This document shows, piece by piece, positions 49,647 through 64,000 of a DNA stretch of 64,000 nucleotides (positions are counted from its first letter, which is position 1; every line of letters starts with the position of its first letter). Source of the DNA: Octopus sinensis (taxonomy: Eukaryota); the NCBI RefSeq assembly GCF_006345805.1, contig NC_042998.1, forward strand, positions 195,300,001 to 195,364,000. The letters run 5' to 3'. Position numbers and translations under genes: made by a program. The notes under the pieces are model-generated. The model ran no database searches. It saw only the letters and a program-made list of their open reading frames with translations, and had not been told where the DNA came from.

Positions 49647-52600
49647 TTGAACTTTCATCTGCGTTTTGAGAAGTTTGCTGCCTTTTGTTGAGAGAGTTAG
49701 ATTTTTTGCTCATCGTTGTTTGTGTTGGTTGTTGATTGAACGGTGCCCGTTGTGTAACGGTGGTTTTCGCCCTGCGGGGCGGAGAATTCTGTGTTTGAAA
49801 TTGTTGTTGCCTTCGAGGTGGTTTTTGAAACATTTTTGAGAAATGGATTTCGACTTGGCGTCGAGGAATGATTTTCCCGCGATGGTGAATTGGGGGACAC
49901 TGAAGTGGCAAAACGGTCTTTTTCGGCCGCGGTGGGCGGAACCATGATGGACGTTGAATCCAGGATCGAACAGCTGTTCGAATTTGGGAACTTTGTAAAG
50001 GTGGAGGGAGGCGAAATCGAGCTTGTGCCGCCGCAGGCGAAGGTGCAAGAGGCAGAGGAGGAACAGTTGTATACAAGGTGTATAGCTGCAAGGAGGGGAA
50101 AATTATGGACGTTAGAAGCGAGATGGTCGAGGAGTGCTTGTCCCCGGTGTGGGACGGGATTCGCCGTGTCGTTCGAGGTGCTCGCAGTGCTGCTGTTGAA
50201 TCACATTTTGACTCGGCTGAGGTGGCAGGAGAGGTGTCATCTGTGACCCTGAAAAATGATGATATCATGTTGCTGCCCTCGTGTATGGGGGTGGGGAGCG
50301 GCTGAGCTGCTGGTGGAGGACGTACCGAGAGGGTGTGATATAGTGTGGGTGGCAGCGGCGGTCCTGCGCAATGTTGAGCGGGAGGTTTCGATTCTGCGGA
50401 TGAGAGGGAGGGAGGAGGTGCGCTGGAGGGGACGGACGCTGGAGCTCCTCGTTCAGGCGGAGAACAAGATGTTGGAGAGCCTGCCCGATGGGATGTTTGA
50501 TGAGGATGGAGCGTCCATGGGAGTGTCAGTGGAGGGGCGCAGACCTAGGTGTTTTGAGTGGCGAGAGGGGTCACGTCCGCTCGAGCTGCTTAAAGGAGAG
50601 GAAAGACAACGAGGCCCCTCCTCAAGGTGCTTCAAGCACTGAAGGGGAGAGGGCGGAGGGGGAGAGCAGGACGACGACGGGCAGGGAAGCAGAGGCGGAT
50701 GGATTGCACACGGGTGACACAGAGGAAAGAAGGATAACACCCTGGACTCCCCTCCCCAAACAAGGAAAAAATCAGCAAGCACCGCAGACATACACACAAA
50801 GCAAATTCCCCAGCCCTACCCCCACGGCACTGTATTCATTGGAAAATAGTTCGCCAAGCCCCTCCCCATAAAACAAGATGTGAAAAAGTCTTTAAAAAAA
50901 AATGATAATATCATTGCATTTGATGAAAAAAACGAGAGGGTATATAAATACTTTAAATTTTCCAAATTTAAACTATTTAGCAAGGCTACAGACATAAAAG
51001 CAACCACTCGCTTCGCAAAAATAAAGGAAGACGAGTGGAAGGAGGAAATACTACAAGAACATCTAAAGAATAGACTGATAAGAGACGTAACAAAGGAAGT
51101 ACTGGAGGGTAAACTTGTTATAACCCCGGCAACCACACCTACCCAGAGCCCGGTGGCAACGCCGGTTAAGAGCCCTGCAGCTACGACCACAAGGGAGGAA
51201 GAAGGGGAAGCGGGCAGATTTAAACTGTCATGCTCCCTTTCTCAACCGTAAGTTCATTTATTTTTTCTCTCACCGACAATGGCTAAGCTGGGTTGTGTGA
51301 ATGTACGTGGAATGGGGACGAAATGGAAACAAATTTGTTTCCTGAACGACCTCACGACACATGGAGTGGACATAGCTATTGCAACCGAGTCCAAGATGAA
51401 CGAGGCCCAAGCGTTCTCGCCTCTTCTAAATGGGTTCGAGAAATTTATTTCTCCTAGCCGAGGAAGAGGCAGGCATGGCAGTCCTTATCAGGAAGAGCTT
51501 GGACTTGCAGGTAAGTACTGTCTTTCTGGACCCAGAAGGCAGGCTGGTTGTTCTGGATGTGACCCACGTAAGTAAACAGTCCTTCAGGTTGGTAGCTGGG
51601 AAGTAACTCGGATGAGATCGGAGGTGGGAGGACGGTTACTGTTATGCGGATGACGTCACCCTCATCGTGTCCAATGAGGCCCAGCTACCTTGTGTGGAAG
51701 AGGCTATCAGAGGATACGAGGCGGTGGCAGGAGCAAAGGTTAACAAGGACAAGTCGGTTGGCTTGCGCCTCGGCACCTGGAGGAGCAAGTCGATATCGTC
51801 CAGTGTCGTGGGACACTGGACGGATGGCCCTGTTAAGTTGCTAGGAGTTTGGTTTGGACCAGACTCCCAAACGGAGAGGAACTGGAGTGAGGTGACGAGC
51901 AAGGTGGAGGCCATAGTACGGACCTGGTCCGGAAGGTTTCTGTCCTTGAAAGGAAGGGTGGAGGTGGTACAGATGTTCATTGCATCTGTAATCACTTACC
52001 GCCTGACCGTTGTCCCTTGCCCCGATTTATGGCTTAGCAAGTTGGAGCGAATCCTTTTCCGCTTTTTGTGGAAGGGAGGAAAGCCACTTGTGAGGCGCTC
52101 CGTTTGCTGCCAGGAACCGTTAAAGGGTGGGTTAGGAATGCCTGGTTGATGATGCGCAGACATGCGTTGAGGCTGAAGCATCTCTGGCACCACCTGGAGG
52201 GTGATAAGGTGTGGAGTCCGCTGGCAGGGGAATTTTTCCCGAGACCGGCCTCCTTAGAGAATTTTAAACCCGGTCGCATCAAAAGATGGAAACTGACTTT
52301 ATGGCAAAAGGAGTGCCGACACGCACTCACGCTGATCCACAAGGCGGGCAAGGCCGGCTGCGGAAATACCACCTCGGTATTTTATAGAAGGCTGGTAGAG
52401 GCAAAGAACGACGACGTCCTAGGAGGGGCTCTGGGGTTTGACGAAGACCAGCTTACCAACCTGTTTAAAAAGACTTTCAGGACGGGGTATTTGGATAATT
52501 TCCAAAGATCCCTGGCCTGGCAGTGCTATAGGAATGCTTTACCTGTTCGCGAGAAGTTATCGCGGCACGGAATTTCAGTGCCACCGACGTGTCCAAGGTG

Positions 52601-53248
52601 CGAGTTGGACGATGAAACCGTCCAGCACGCTTTTGTACACTGTCGGAAGTTGTCCGACTTGATAAGTTACGCAGAACACGTGTTATCGCATCTGGGACGA
52701 GTACAGCTGTCGGCTGAGTCTATGATTAAGATGATACCGCCAACTGGACTCTCGAAGGAAGGTGAGGCATGTTTTCACTGCACGGTTGCAGTAGTAAAAG
52801 AATGCATGTGGCGTACAAGAATGGAAGGAGTCGCGATAGGATCCTTTGTCTCGGGCCCCGGCTTGCTCACTTACTTCAGATATCATCTGAAGAGCAAAAT
52901 GGGGCTGGAAAAGAGGATCTTACCACGGGGTGTGTATGAGAAAAGATGGAAGGAAGTGGGTTAAAAGGTGGGTGTCAGAAACCCAGCTTAACTATGGAGG
53001 GAGGAGATGAAAAAAAAGCTGCGGGGCCTTATAAATTGCCGGGGTTTAAAACTTCGGTAAGATCGAAAGTTTATGTAATGTTATAATATTCTATTGGTCA
53101 TGTAAAGGACAATTTACAGACGAATTTTTATAATGAATAATCCAAATGTTATGGAAAATTTTTAATCGAACCTCTTAACTGTTTTTTGCATGTATGTCCT
53201 GTATTTGTCCTTCTATGTAACGATTGTATAATCATAATAAAGAAATAC
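49647..53248 (+). mobile_element. Tx1/L1-clade element, copy 2
   Basis: TSDs at 49634-49646 and 53249-53261; same internal deletion as copy 1 plus several 1-2 nt indels. Confidence 0.9.
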
Positions 53249-53349
53249 GGAGTTAGTTCCCGTTGTTCTTCCTCATTAAGAGTATTTCTTGTTCTTGTTT
53301 CCCACGCACCTTGATTGCTTGATCAGTTCCACTTGACAACTGATATTTA

Positions 53350-53561
53350 AGAGAAAATCCAATCAAATATATACAAGTGATTGGTAATTAACTGTCTAAA
53401 GAAACAGATACCCCATTTACGATTATGTGGACCTGAAAAATATAATTAACGTTTGTTGTAGAAATCTAGAAATTCTCTTGAAGCTGTCGTTGTCCACTCA
53501 GACTCCAGTTCTCACGTCTTCCTCCTTCACTCTTTCTCTCCATATCTATTACTATGTAAGT
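53350..53561 (+). promoter_or_regulatory. Putative promoter and non-coding first exon of ZNF copy C
   Basis: Near-identical to 28600-28811; donor GT at 53556. Confidence 0.5.
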
Positions 53562-55638
53562 ATTTATTTAAACATTTCTATTATATATGTGTCGTATTAT
53601 GTACATTTATTTGTTTCGATGTGTTGAGAAAGTTAAAAGGAAAAAAAAAAAAATCTCACTAAGACGAAATTATACGAAAGGCTGTAATTTTAATACTTTT
53701 ATTGTGTTGTCGTTTTCTTTTAGACATTTCATTGCACTTTTGGTTATTTTCTAAATTATTTGTAAAAACGTCGGATCAATCCCTTGTTTAGATAACATTT
53801 ATCTTTCTTTCTAACGTGTAAATTCGACAATTTCGTTAAATGCGGTAAAATTACGATGTAATTTGTTAGAAATGGGGAATGTATAAAAATACGAGTGTGC
53901 ACTTGAAATACTGAAACGAAAAGCAAATATCGCATCGAGAGGAAATGGAAAAGCTTTTATTTGAAACATAGGAAGTCTTTATTTCTGGTGGTTCTTCTGC
54001 ATCATTAAAAGTTAGAATTAATATGGTTTTCTAATTTATTTAATTTTTGTGTGTGTGTAGTGCTGCTTTAAGCACCTAATATAATCCCTCGTCACATATT
54101 TTTATTTGCGGGAATTTTCAGAAATTTCTGCGTACGAGAATTCGTTTGGTCAGGCAACCAAAAAAGAAAAAAATGAAGTGTGATTTATGAGCTATTTAGC
54201 TGTTATTTTTCGCACATCTCACGACCAGTATGGTAATAATTCTCTGCTTAAGTTCCTCTGGGCTTGCAGGAAGAGGGGAGACATAGACTAGGCCCTCCCT
54301 GAGAAAGAAATGGCAAGGTGTCAGCTCAGTGAACGTGGCGGTCATTTCAACAGCACATTGCCTTCTTCAGGACGCGCCAAACTCTTTGGAGGAATCTGGC
54401 TTTCATTCTCCACATCAACCAATAATTTTTCCTACATTAAAATTTCCCACAAAGATTTTGATGCTGTTAGTGAGACATCAATATTATTTACTGACATTTA
54501 TTCATCTTTTATGCTCAGCAAAATATTAACGTTGAGCTAACCTTATATATATATATATGTATTTGTATATATGGCTCCCATGCAGGTAGCATGTAAAAAG
54601 TACCATTTGAGCATGATTGATGCTAGTGCCGCCTGACTTGCACCCGTGCCGGTGGCACGTTAAAAGGCACCATTCAAGCATAGTCGATACCAATGCTACC
54701 TGACTGGCTCCGTGGCACATATAAAAGGCAACCGCTACACACTCAAACAGCATCCAGCTGTAGAAATCTTGCCTGATAAGATTGAAACCTTGTTCAACCT
54801 CATGGCTTGCCAGTCCTCAGTCAAACCTCACAACCCATGCCAGCGTGGAAAGCAGATGTTAAACGATGATGATGAAGGTAGGGAAAGAGCAATATCTATT
54901 TTAGCAAACAAAGATACAAGACTGCAATGAAAACATCAGAAATCTAGTGTCATTTATATGTATATTGGTGTGTGTGTATGTGGAAGTGTGTCTATGACAG
55001 ACTTTATATTCCAGGAGTTTGGTATTATAATAGATGTGTCTCCTCTATGATATAAACATTTTGGTAATGCAGAAATTGGATAAATTTAATAGTACAGATA
55101 AAGAATTACATCTAAAATTTTTGGAACAAGAAATGTCGTAAATTTGCACTTTTGAATATCTGCCTTTTAAACATACTTGATATCTTATATTACCTTCGTA
55201 TTCTTTCAGAAAATCACATGAAATTGGCTAAAAAGTAATTTTTACTTTTAAAGAATCATCAATGTGTTTCATGTTTAAACGACTCTGCAAAGATATTCGA
55301 CAAACGTATAATCCTGCTTCTATAAAACGTTGCTGAGTTACAGTAAAATATTTCCTCTGAGAGAGAAAGCATTTCTTTACTTCTGTGTCTGAAATGTGGA
55401 AGAGATAATTTTCTCTTTTAAATATACTTTGATAGATTTCCAAAGAGTATTTGCGGCATTTTTAAATATTGGCATTGATCACATTTAGAAGAAATATAAG
55501 AGAAGTGATATTTGTTTGGAATAAACTATAAAAACAAAAAGAAGAAAAATATCCATATATTTTGGTGAGAGAAGAAATATTTTTGAAAAGTTGTTGATCT
55601 GTACAACTTAAAGGTTCAGTTTTATTTTTCTTGAAGAG

Positions 55639-58672
<3,034 letters not shown>

Positions 58673-60284
58673 AAACCATATACCTGTGATAGCTGTGGTA
58701 AGACATTCTCTGGAAAAAGTCACTTTCCTATACACAAATGCATTCACATTCAAGAAAAATCAATTCACAGTGATATCTGTGGCAAATCATTTACACAAAA
58801 TCATTTCTGATTTAAACAAGTCTTTCCTTCTGAAGTGGGTCCCTAACACAGTGATATTTGTTGTATAACATTTCCTCAGAAGGACAAAGGACGTATCTCA
58901 TAAAGACATCCACAGAATATAGAAACTATATGAATGTGACATCTATGGTAAATCTTTGACATGAAATCATCCATTATTGAATCAAAAGAGCATTGACTGA
59001 GGAACGAAAACATATCACTGTGATGTTAACCCTGAATCATTCTTTCAAATTGGTGAATTGTTTGTACACAGTCCTATTAATATGAAAGATATAACTGTAG
59101 CCTAAGCTTTTTCTGATAACTCAATCTATGAAAATGATCAATTATTGAAATGTAAATGCATTCATACAGAAGACGAACCCCGATGATGATGATCCTCATC
59201 ATTTAACATTCTCCTATTCATGCTTCTGTGGATCAGATGGAATTCATTGATGGAGATTTTCTACATCTGGGTACCTTTCTTGTGACCAATGCTCACCTGT
59301 TTCCAAGCAAGGAAATATTTTCCCTGGTGAGACATATTTCACGCGAAGGACTGGAAATGAACAACTGCACAAGACGGTCATGATGGCCCTTTCCGAACAT
59401 CACATAATATCTGGACAAGGATACACACACACACATATGTATCTCTGAAGAATTTCTTATAGGAAATATCTTTCATGTTTTCTACACATCTAAAAGCTTT
59501 TGATTCCTATTAGGAAATGAAACACATGTAATGCTGAATAAATAATATCAAACTTTTCTCCGGTCTCCTTATGTGATTTGTAATTACCTTGCAAAAAATA
59601 TTATCCAAACCACCCACAAAAATATTGTAGGTGTATATATGTAATCAGAAGCTTGTTTGTTCAACTGGTGTATTTATGTTAGTTTGAGTAGTGGGGTGAG
59701 AGGGTGGGAAAAGTAAAGGAAGGTGGTCTTATAATAATTCTGCTTGTCATTACGATACTTAGGTCGACAGTAACACTTTCATGTGATTGGAGAGAAAGGA
59801 TAAGGCCATGAGTGAGACGGGAAGAGTGAGAAGTGTGTATGACGTGATAGGGGGACATATTTAGTTAAGGTTGTGATATAGAGGAGAGTAAGGAATATAA
59901 TTTTAGAAGGTGGGTAATGTCCTGATGGAGAGGTTAAAGAATGGTAGAGAGAGACAGATGATGGTGGTGGTTGTGGTGGTGAATACAAAGTGAAAAGTAA
60001 TTTTTTTTTTATTTGAACTAAGTTTTTTTTACAAATCTTACAAATTGAAATGTGTATTGACTCTCTGACCCATCACCTTGGCTTACAAGTTTCCACTGAT
60101 GTGGTTTTCAGAGTAAGCCATGTTACATTAAATTCTGACCCCTATATTTTACATATAAGGTAATTTTTTTAGTATACACTTCTCGTGTTTCAGATAAGAA
60201 ATTGTGCCCATGTAAATTTTAAAATGTAATTTTTTTCTGTTTATGAGAAAACTGGAAAAATATGAGCAAATATTTATTTTATAA

Positions 60285-60295
60285 TAATATAATAA

Positions 60296-60338
<43 letters not shown>

Positions 60339-61433
60339 AATGAAATTATTGTATACAGTGTTCAGGTGCACCACAACTTGTCAAAAGTGCATATAAAGCA
60401 TATGCAGTGATGTACAAATGTCTGGGAAGCGAACAGTGTATGTGTCAGATACATGCTTGTGTGTGTATGGAGGGGAGAAAATCAAGTGTAGCGTTGGCGG
60501 ATCTCAGGAAGCATGGAAGTTTTGAAGGATGCAGTGCTCCGACAACTAACAACTGATGCCGGCAGTTTGTTCCATGCTTCAGCAACTCTCAGCATGAAAA
60601 AATGTTTCCTGAAGTCATGGGAACTGCTGTTTTCTTACTTTGTAAATATGTCCACGGGTGTTAGATGGGTGGAGTTTGAAAAGGTGCTCAGAGTTATTGT
60701 TTGTACGATGGTTGATAATTTTATGGGTGTCTGCCACTTCAACTGCCAGACGTCGGAGTTTCAATGTGTCCATGCCCAGGGAAGTAAGGCGTTCAGGATA
60801 TGGCAAATGCCTGATGGAGGGTATTCTTTTGGTTGCACGTCGCTGAACAGCTTCCAGACGATTGATATCCTGGGCAAGATAAGGGTTCCAGACCAGTGAT
60901 GCAAATTCCAGGTGAGGTCTTACCATAGCTATATAAAGCCGCAGATGTATAGCCGGAGTGCGGCTCACAAAGGATTTGGTGAGTGATGCCAAGACACCCT
61001 CAGCCTTCTTGACAATTTTAGCGATGTGTTTTGTCCAACGCAAATCACTGTCGACAATAACACCCAGGTCACGTTCACATGAAGACTTTTTGAGACTAGC
61101 GTTGTGGAGGGAGTAGGTGGACGCTGGGTTTCTCCCAAAAGGCATGGTGGTACATTTGTCCTCAGCCAGCTTGAGTTGCCAGTCCATGATCCACTGCTGC
61201 ATTGTGTCCAGGTCTGCTTGCAATAGAGATCTATAGTGTACAGGATTTGACCTCTTTATTTTGAGGTACAGCTTGATGTCATCTGCATATTTCAGCACTG
61301 TGGCATTCTTTAAGTTGGCATCTATATCATTAACATATGCAACAAATAAAAGGGGGCCAAGAACAGATCCCTGTGGTACACCAGATGTCATCTCATAGGG
61401 CGAAGAGTGCTGTCCTAGAACTGTGACAACCTC
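60285..61433 (-). mobile_element. Duplicate of the CR1/L2-type fragment in the copy C flank
   Basis: ORF 60615-61391 near-identical to 34708-35484; same truncation point. Confidence 0.9.
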
Positions 61434-63493
61434 ATAAAATTGTGCATAAAGTGTATTAAGTAATTACCGTATTCCAATTTCCTTCAGTTTTCAGTGAGTA
61501 GCAGATGAGCGACTATCTTTTGATGCAGACACAATACAGGCTCCACTTTAGAGTGTTTTGGTTTCAGGAATAACCCAATCCATTGCCTCACTGGACACCG
61601 AGGCCATGACTAGTGACCGGGAGCTTTTGTTTTTGGATAATGGATAAACAGCTAAAAGATTATATAAATATATATTTATAAAATTAAAGACTTAAATCTG
61701 TAAGAGATGCAAAGCAAAAAGAGAAGAATTCAATTAAGAATGCATCGGGTGAAAGAATATTGGTTTAAAAAACATACGACATAAAAATGAAGACTATAAG
61801 GAATATGAGGGAGATAGGGTGAATCCTTTCTATTTGACAATGATCGGGCATTGTCTTGTTGGAAGACTAATGCTTTTCTGTTGGTAATCTCCAGCCGCAG
61901 TTCTTTGATATATTTTGGTTCAAATTAGCCAGTTGACGACAGAACACAACAGAATGAATGGTCTGGTTTCATGGGAGAAGGTCATATTAATGCCTTTATG
62001 TTTCCACCAAACACAAAGGACGGGTTTGTTGCCATGGATATTCATCTTTGGCTGCTTGGGGGATATTTCTGCAAACTCCAGGATCAGTTTTGCACATTAA
62101 GCATGCAATCCATTTTTCGTCTCCAGTCAGAAGTCGTTCCAAAAAAGGGCATGCTTTCTTTCCTTTTCAAAAGCATGTCCCAAACGGAATACTGGTCCCA
62201 GCAATTCTTATCTAAGAGTTTCAAGCACCCATATATTAAAGCAAAGAGTAAGATAGAAAGAGGAACAGAGAGAAGTGTACATGATATGTGATAGAGGGGA
62301 ACATAATATTTCTTACATCGTTAAAAAAGTCAGTTGAAGTTGATGATATAGAGAAGTTAGCAATATAATTTTAGCAGAGTGGTGATGTTCTGATGGTGAG
62401 ATTTGAGGCACAAAGAGAGAGAGAGAGATGATGGTTGTGGTGGAGGAAATGGTGATGGACAGTGCATAGTTAAAAGTAATTTGTTTTTAATTGAACAAAG
62501 TTTTTTTTATATTACGTATTTGCAGAATCGTATGAATTAACCTGTAAAAAGTCCAAAATCACAATAATTTGACATTTCACACCCCTTTTTTACATGAACA
62601 AAATGACAGCTTCCAAATATTGTTTTCTTAATGGGTAAGAATGATCAAACTTTAAACCACAGTGTGACACATTCATATCTGTGTGAATACGCAGGTATAC
62701 GTAAGTAGAATACATCCCCACTTTTGGCACTATTTTGTTAGTGACAGTATAAAGTTTATATGTATCACTACGCTGAATGTAGTCCAGTTCGTGTAACATG
62801 AAAAGGTAATTAAACACGTAAAAGAATAACAATGGCTTCGTATTGAGTTGTTTATCCCATTAGAACGAAATAAAACATAACATGGTGGCAGCGGTGGGAT
62901 AATTAATCGGAAAATGTTTTTTAGGCAATTAAACCAATGGTATATTTTGATTTTAAAAAACGTAAATATTTTCTCTTTTTATTCATGATAAAGTTTTTTC
63001 CAAATAAATGAAAAGACAAGTAACTAATTCTGCTCGATTACAAAGCAGAGGCAGAATAATCTCACGGTTTCTGCTGCAGGATTTCCACCTCGCGCTGACA
63101 ATCCATTAGAGTAAGGGAGACTGCTATATTTGTCTTCACTGCCAAAAGACCCCTTTTTTTTTTCAAAAAAAAAGGGATGTTACACGTTCATATATATGCG
63201 TGGGCGTGTGTGTGCGGAATACGTCCCCGCTTTTGGCACTATTTTATAAGTATTACTACGCTGTGTCTAAAGTTATACCGGTGTCGCTGCGCGGAATGTA
63301 GTCCAGTTCGCGTAACATGAAAAAGTAATTAAACACGTAAAAGAATAACTATGCTTCGTATTGAGTTGTTTATCCCATTAGAAGAAAACAACACATAACA
63401 GTGATGAAGCCGAATATTGAAGAAATCTCTTTCACAAAATCCCAAATCTATTAAAGTAGAGCCGCAATTCTTTAAAGACTGGAGTTAGTTCCC

Positions 63494-64000
63494 TTGAACT
63501 TTCATCTGCGTTTTGAGAAGTTTGCTGCCTTTTGTTGAGAGAGTTAGATTTTTTGCTCATCGTTGTTTGTGTTGGTTGTTGATTGAACGGTGCCCGTTGT
63601 GTAACGGTGGTTTTCGCCCTGCGGGGCGGAGAATTCTGTGTTTGAAATTGTTGTTGCCTTCGAGGTGGTTTTTGAAACATTTTTGAGAAATGGATTTCGA
63701 CTTGGCGTCGAGGAATGATTTTCCCGCGATGGTGAATTGGGGGACACTGAAGTGGCAAAACGGTCTTTTTCGGCCGCGGTGGGCGGAACCATGATGGACG
63801 TTGAATCCAGGATCGAACAGCTGTTCGAATTTGGGAACTTTGTAAAGGTGGAGGGAGGCGAAATCGAGTTTGTGCCGCCGCAGGCGAAGGTGCAAGAGGC
63901 AGAGGAAGGAACAGTTGTATACAAGGTGTATAGCTGCAAGGAGGGGAAAATTATGGACGTTAGAAGCGAGATGGTCGAGGAGTGCTTGTCCCCGGTGTGG
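63494..64000 (+). mobile_element. Tx1/L1-clade element, copy 3 (5' part; runs off the window)
   Basis: TSD at 63481-63493, then near-identical to 37594 onward. Confidence 0.9.

Overview
Eukaryotic, repeat-rich genomic DNA, very probably octopus (inferred from the SINE/RTE repeat families and clustered C2H2 genes). Left third: coding exons 1-7 of SEPSECS on the minus strand (ATG at 21285; gene continues off the left edge), with introns full of tRNA-derived SINEs and RTE, CR1 and DNA-transposon relics. Two kinds of Penelope-style type I hammerhead ribozyme motif were found by eye. One is a fully paired motif at 14564-14651. The other is a mirrored pair inside a ~1.9-kb palindrome (25299-27210) embedded in TA-rich microsatellite. 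From ~28.4 kb to the end is a tandem array of 9-14 kb units, each with a CCAAT promoter, a putative non-coding exon and a single-exon polydactyl C2H2 zinc-finger ORF (21, 23 and ~36 fingers) with no recognisable effector domain. An internally deleted Tx1/L1-clade LINE with a 13-bp target-site duplication sits in the promoter of every unit except the first, which keeps the empty site. Flanks are near-identical between units while the DNA-reading helices are reshuffled. All coordinates and alignments were made by eye; no searches or folding programs were run.
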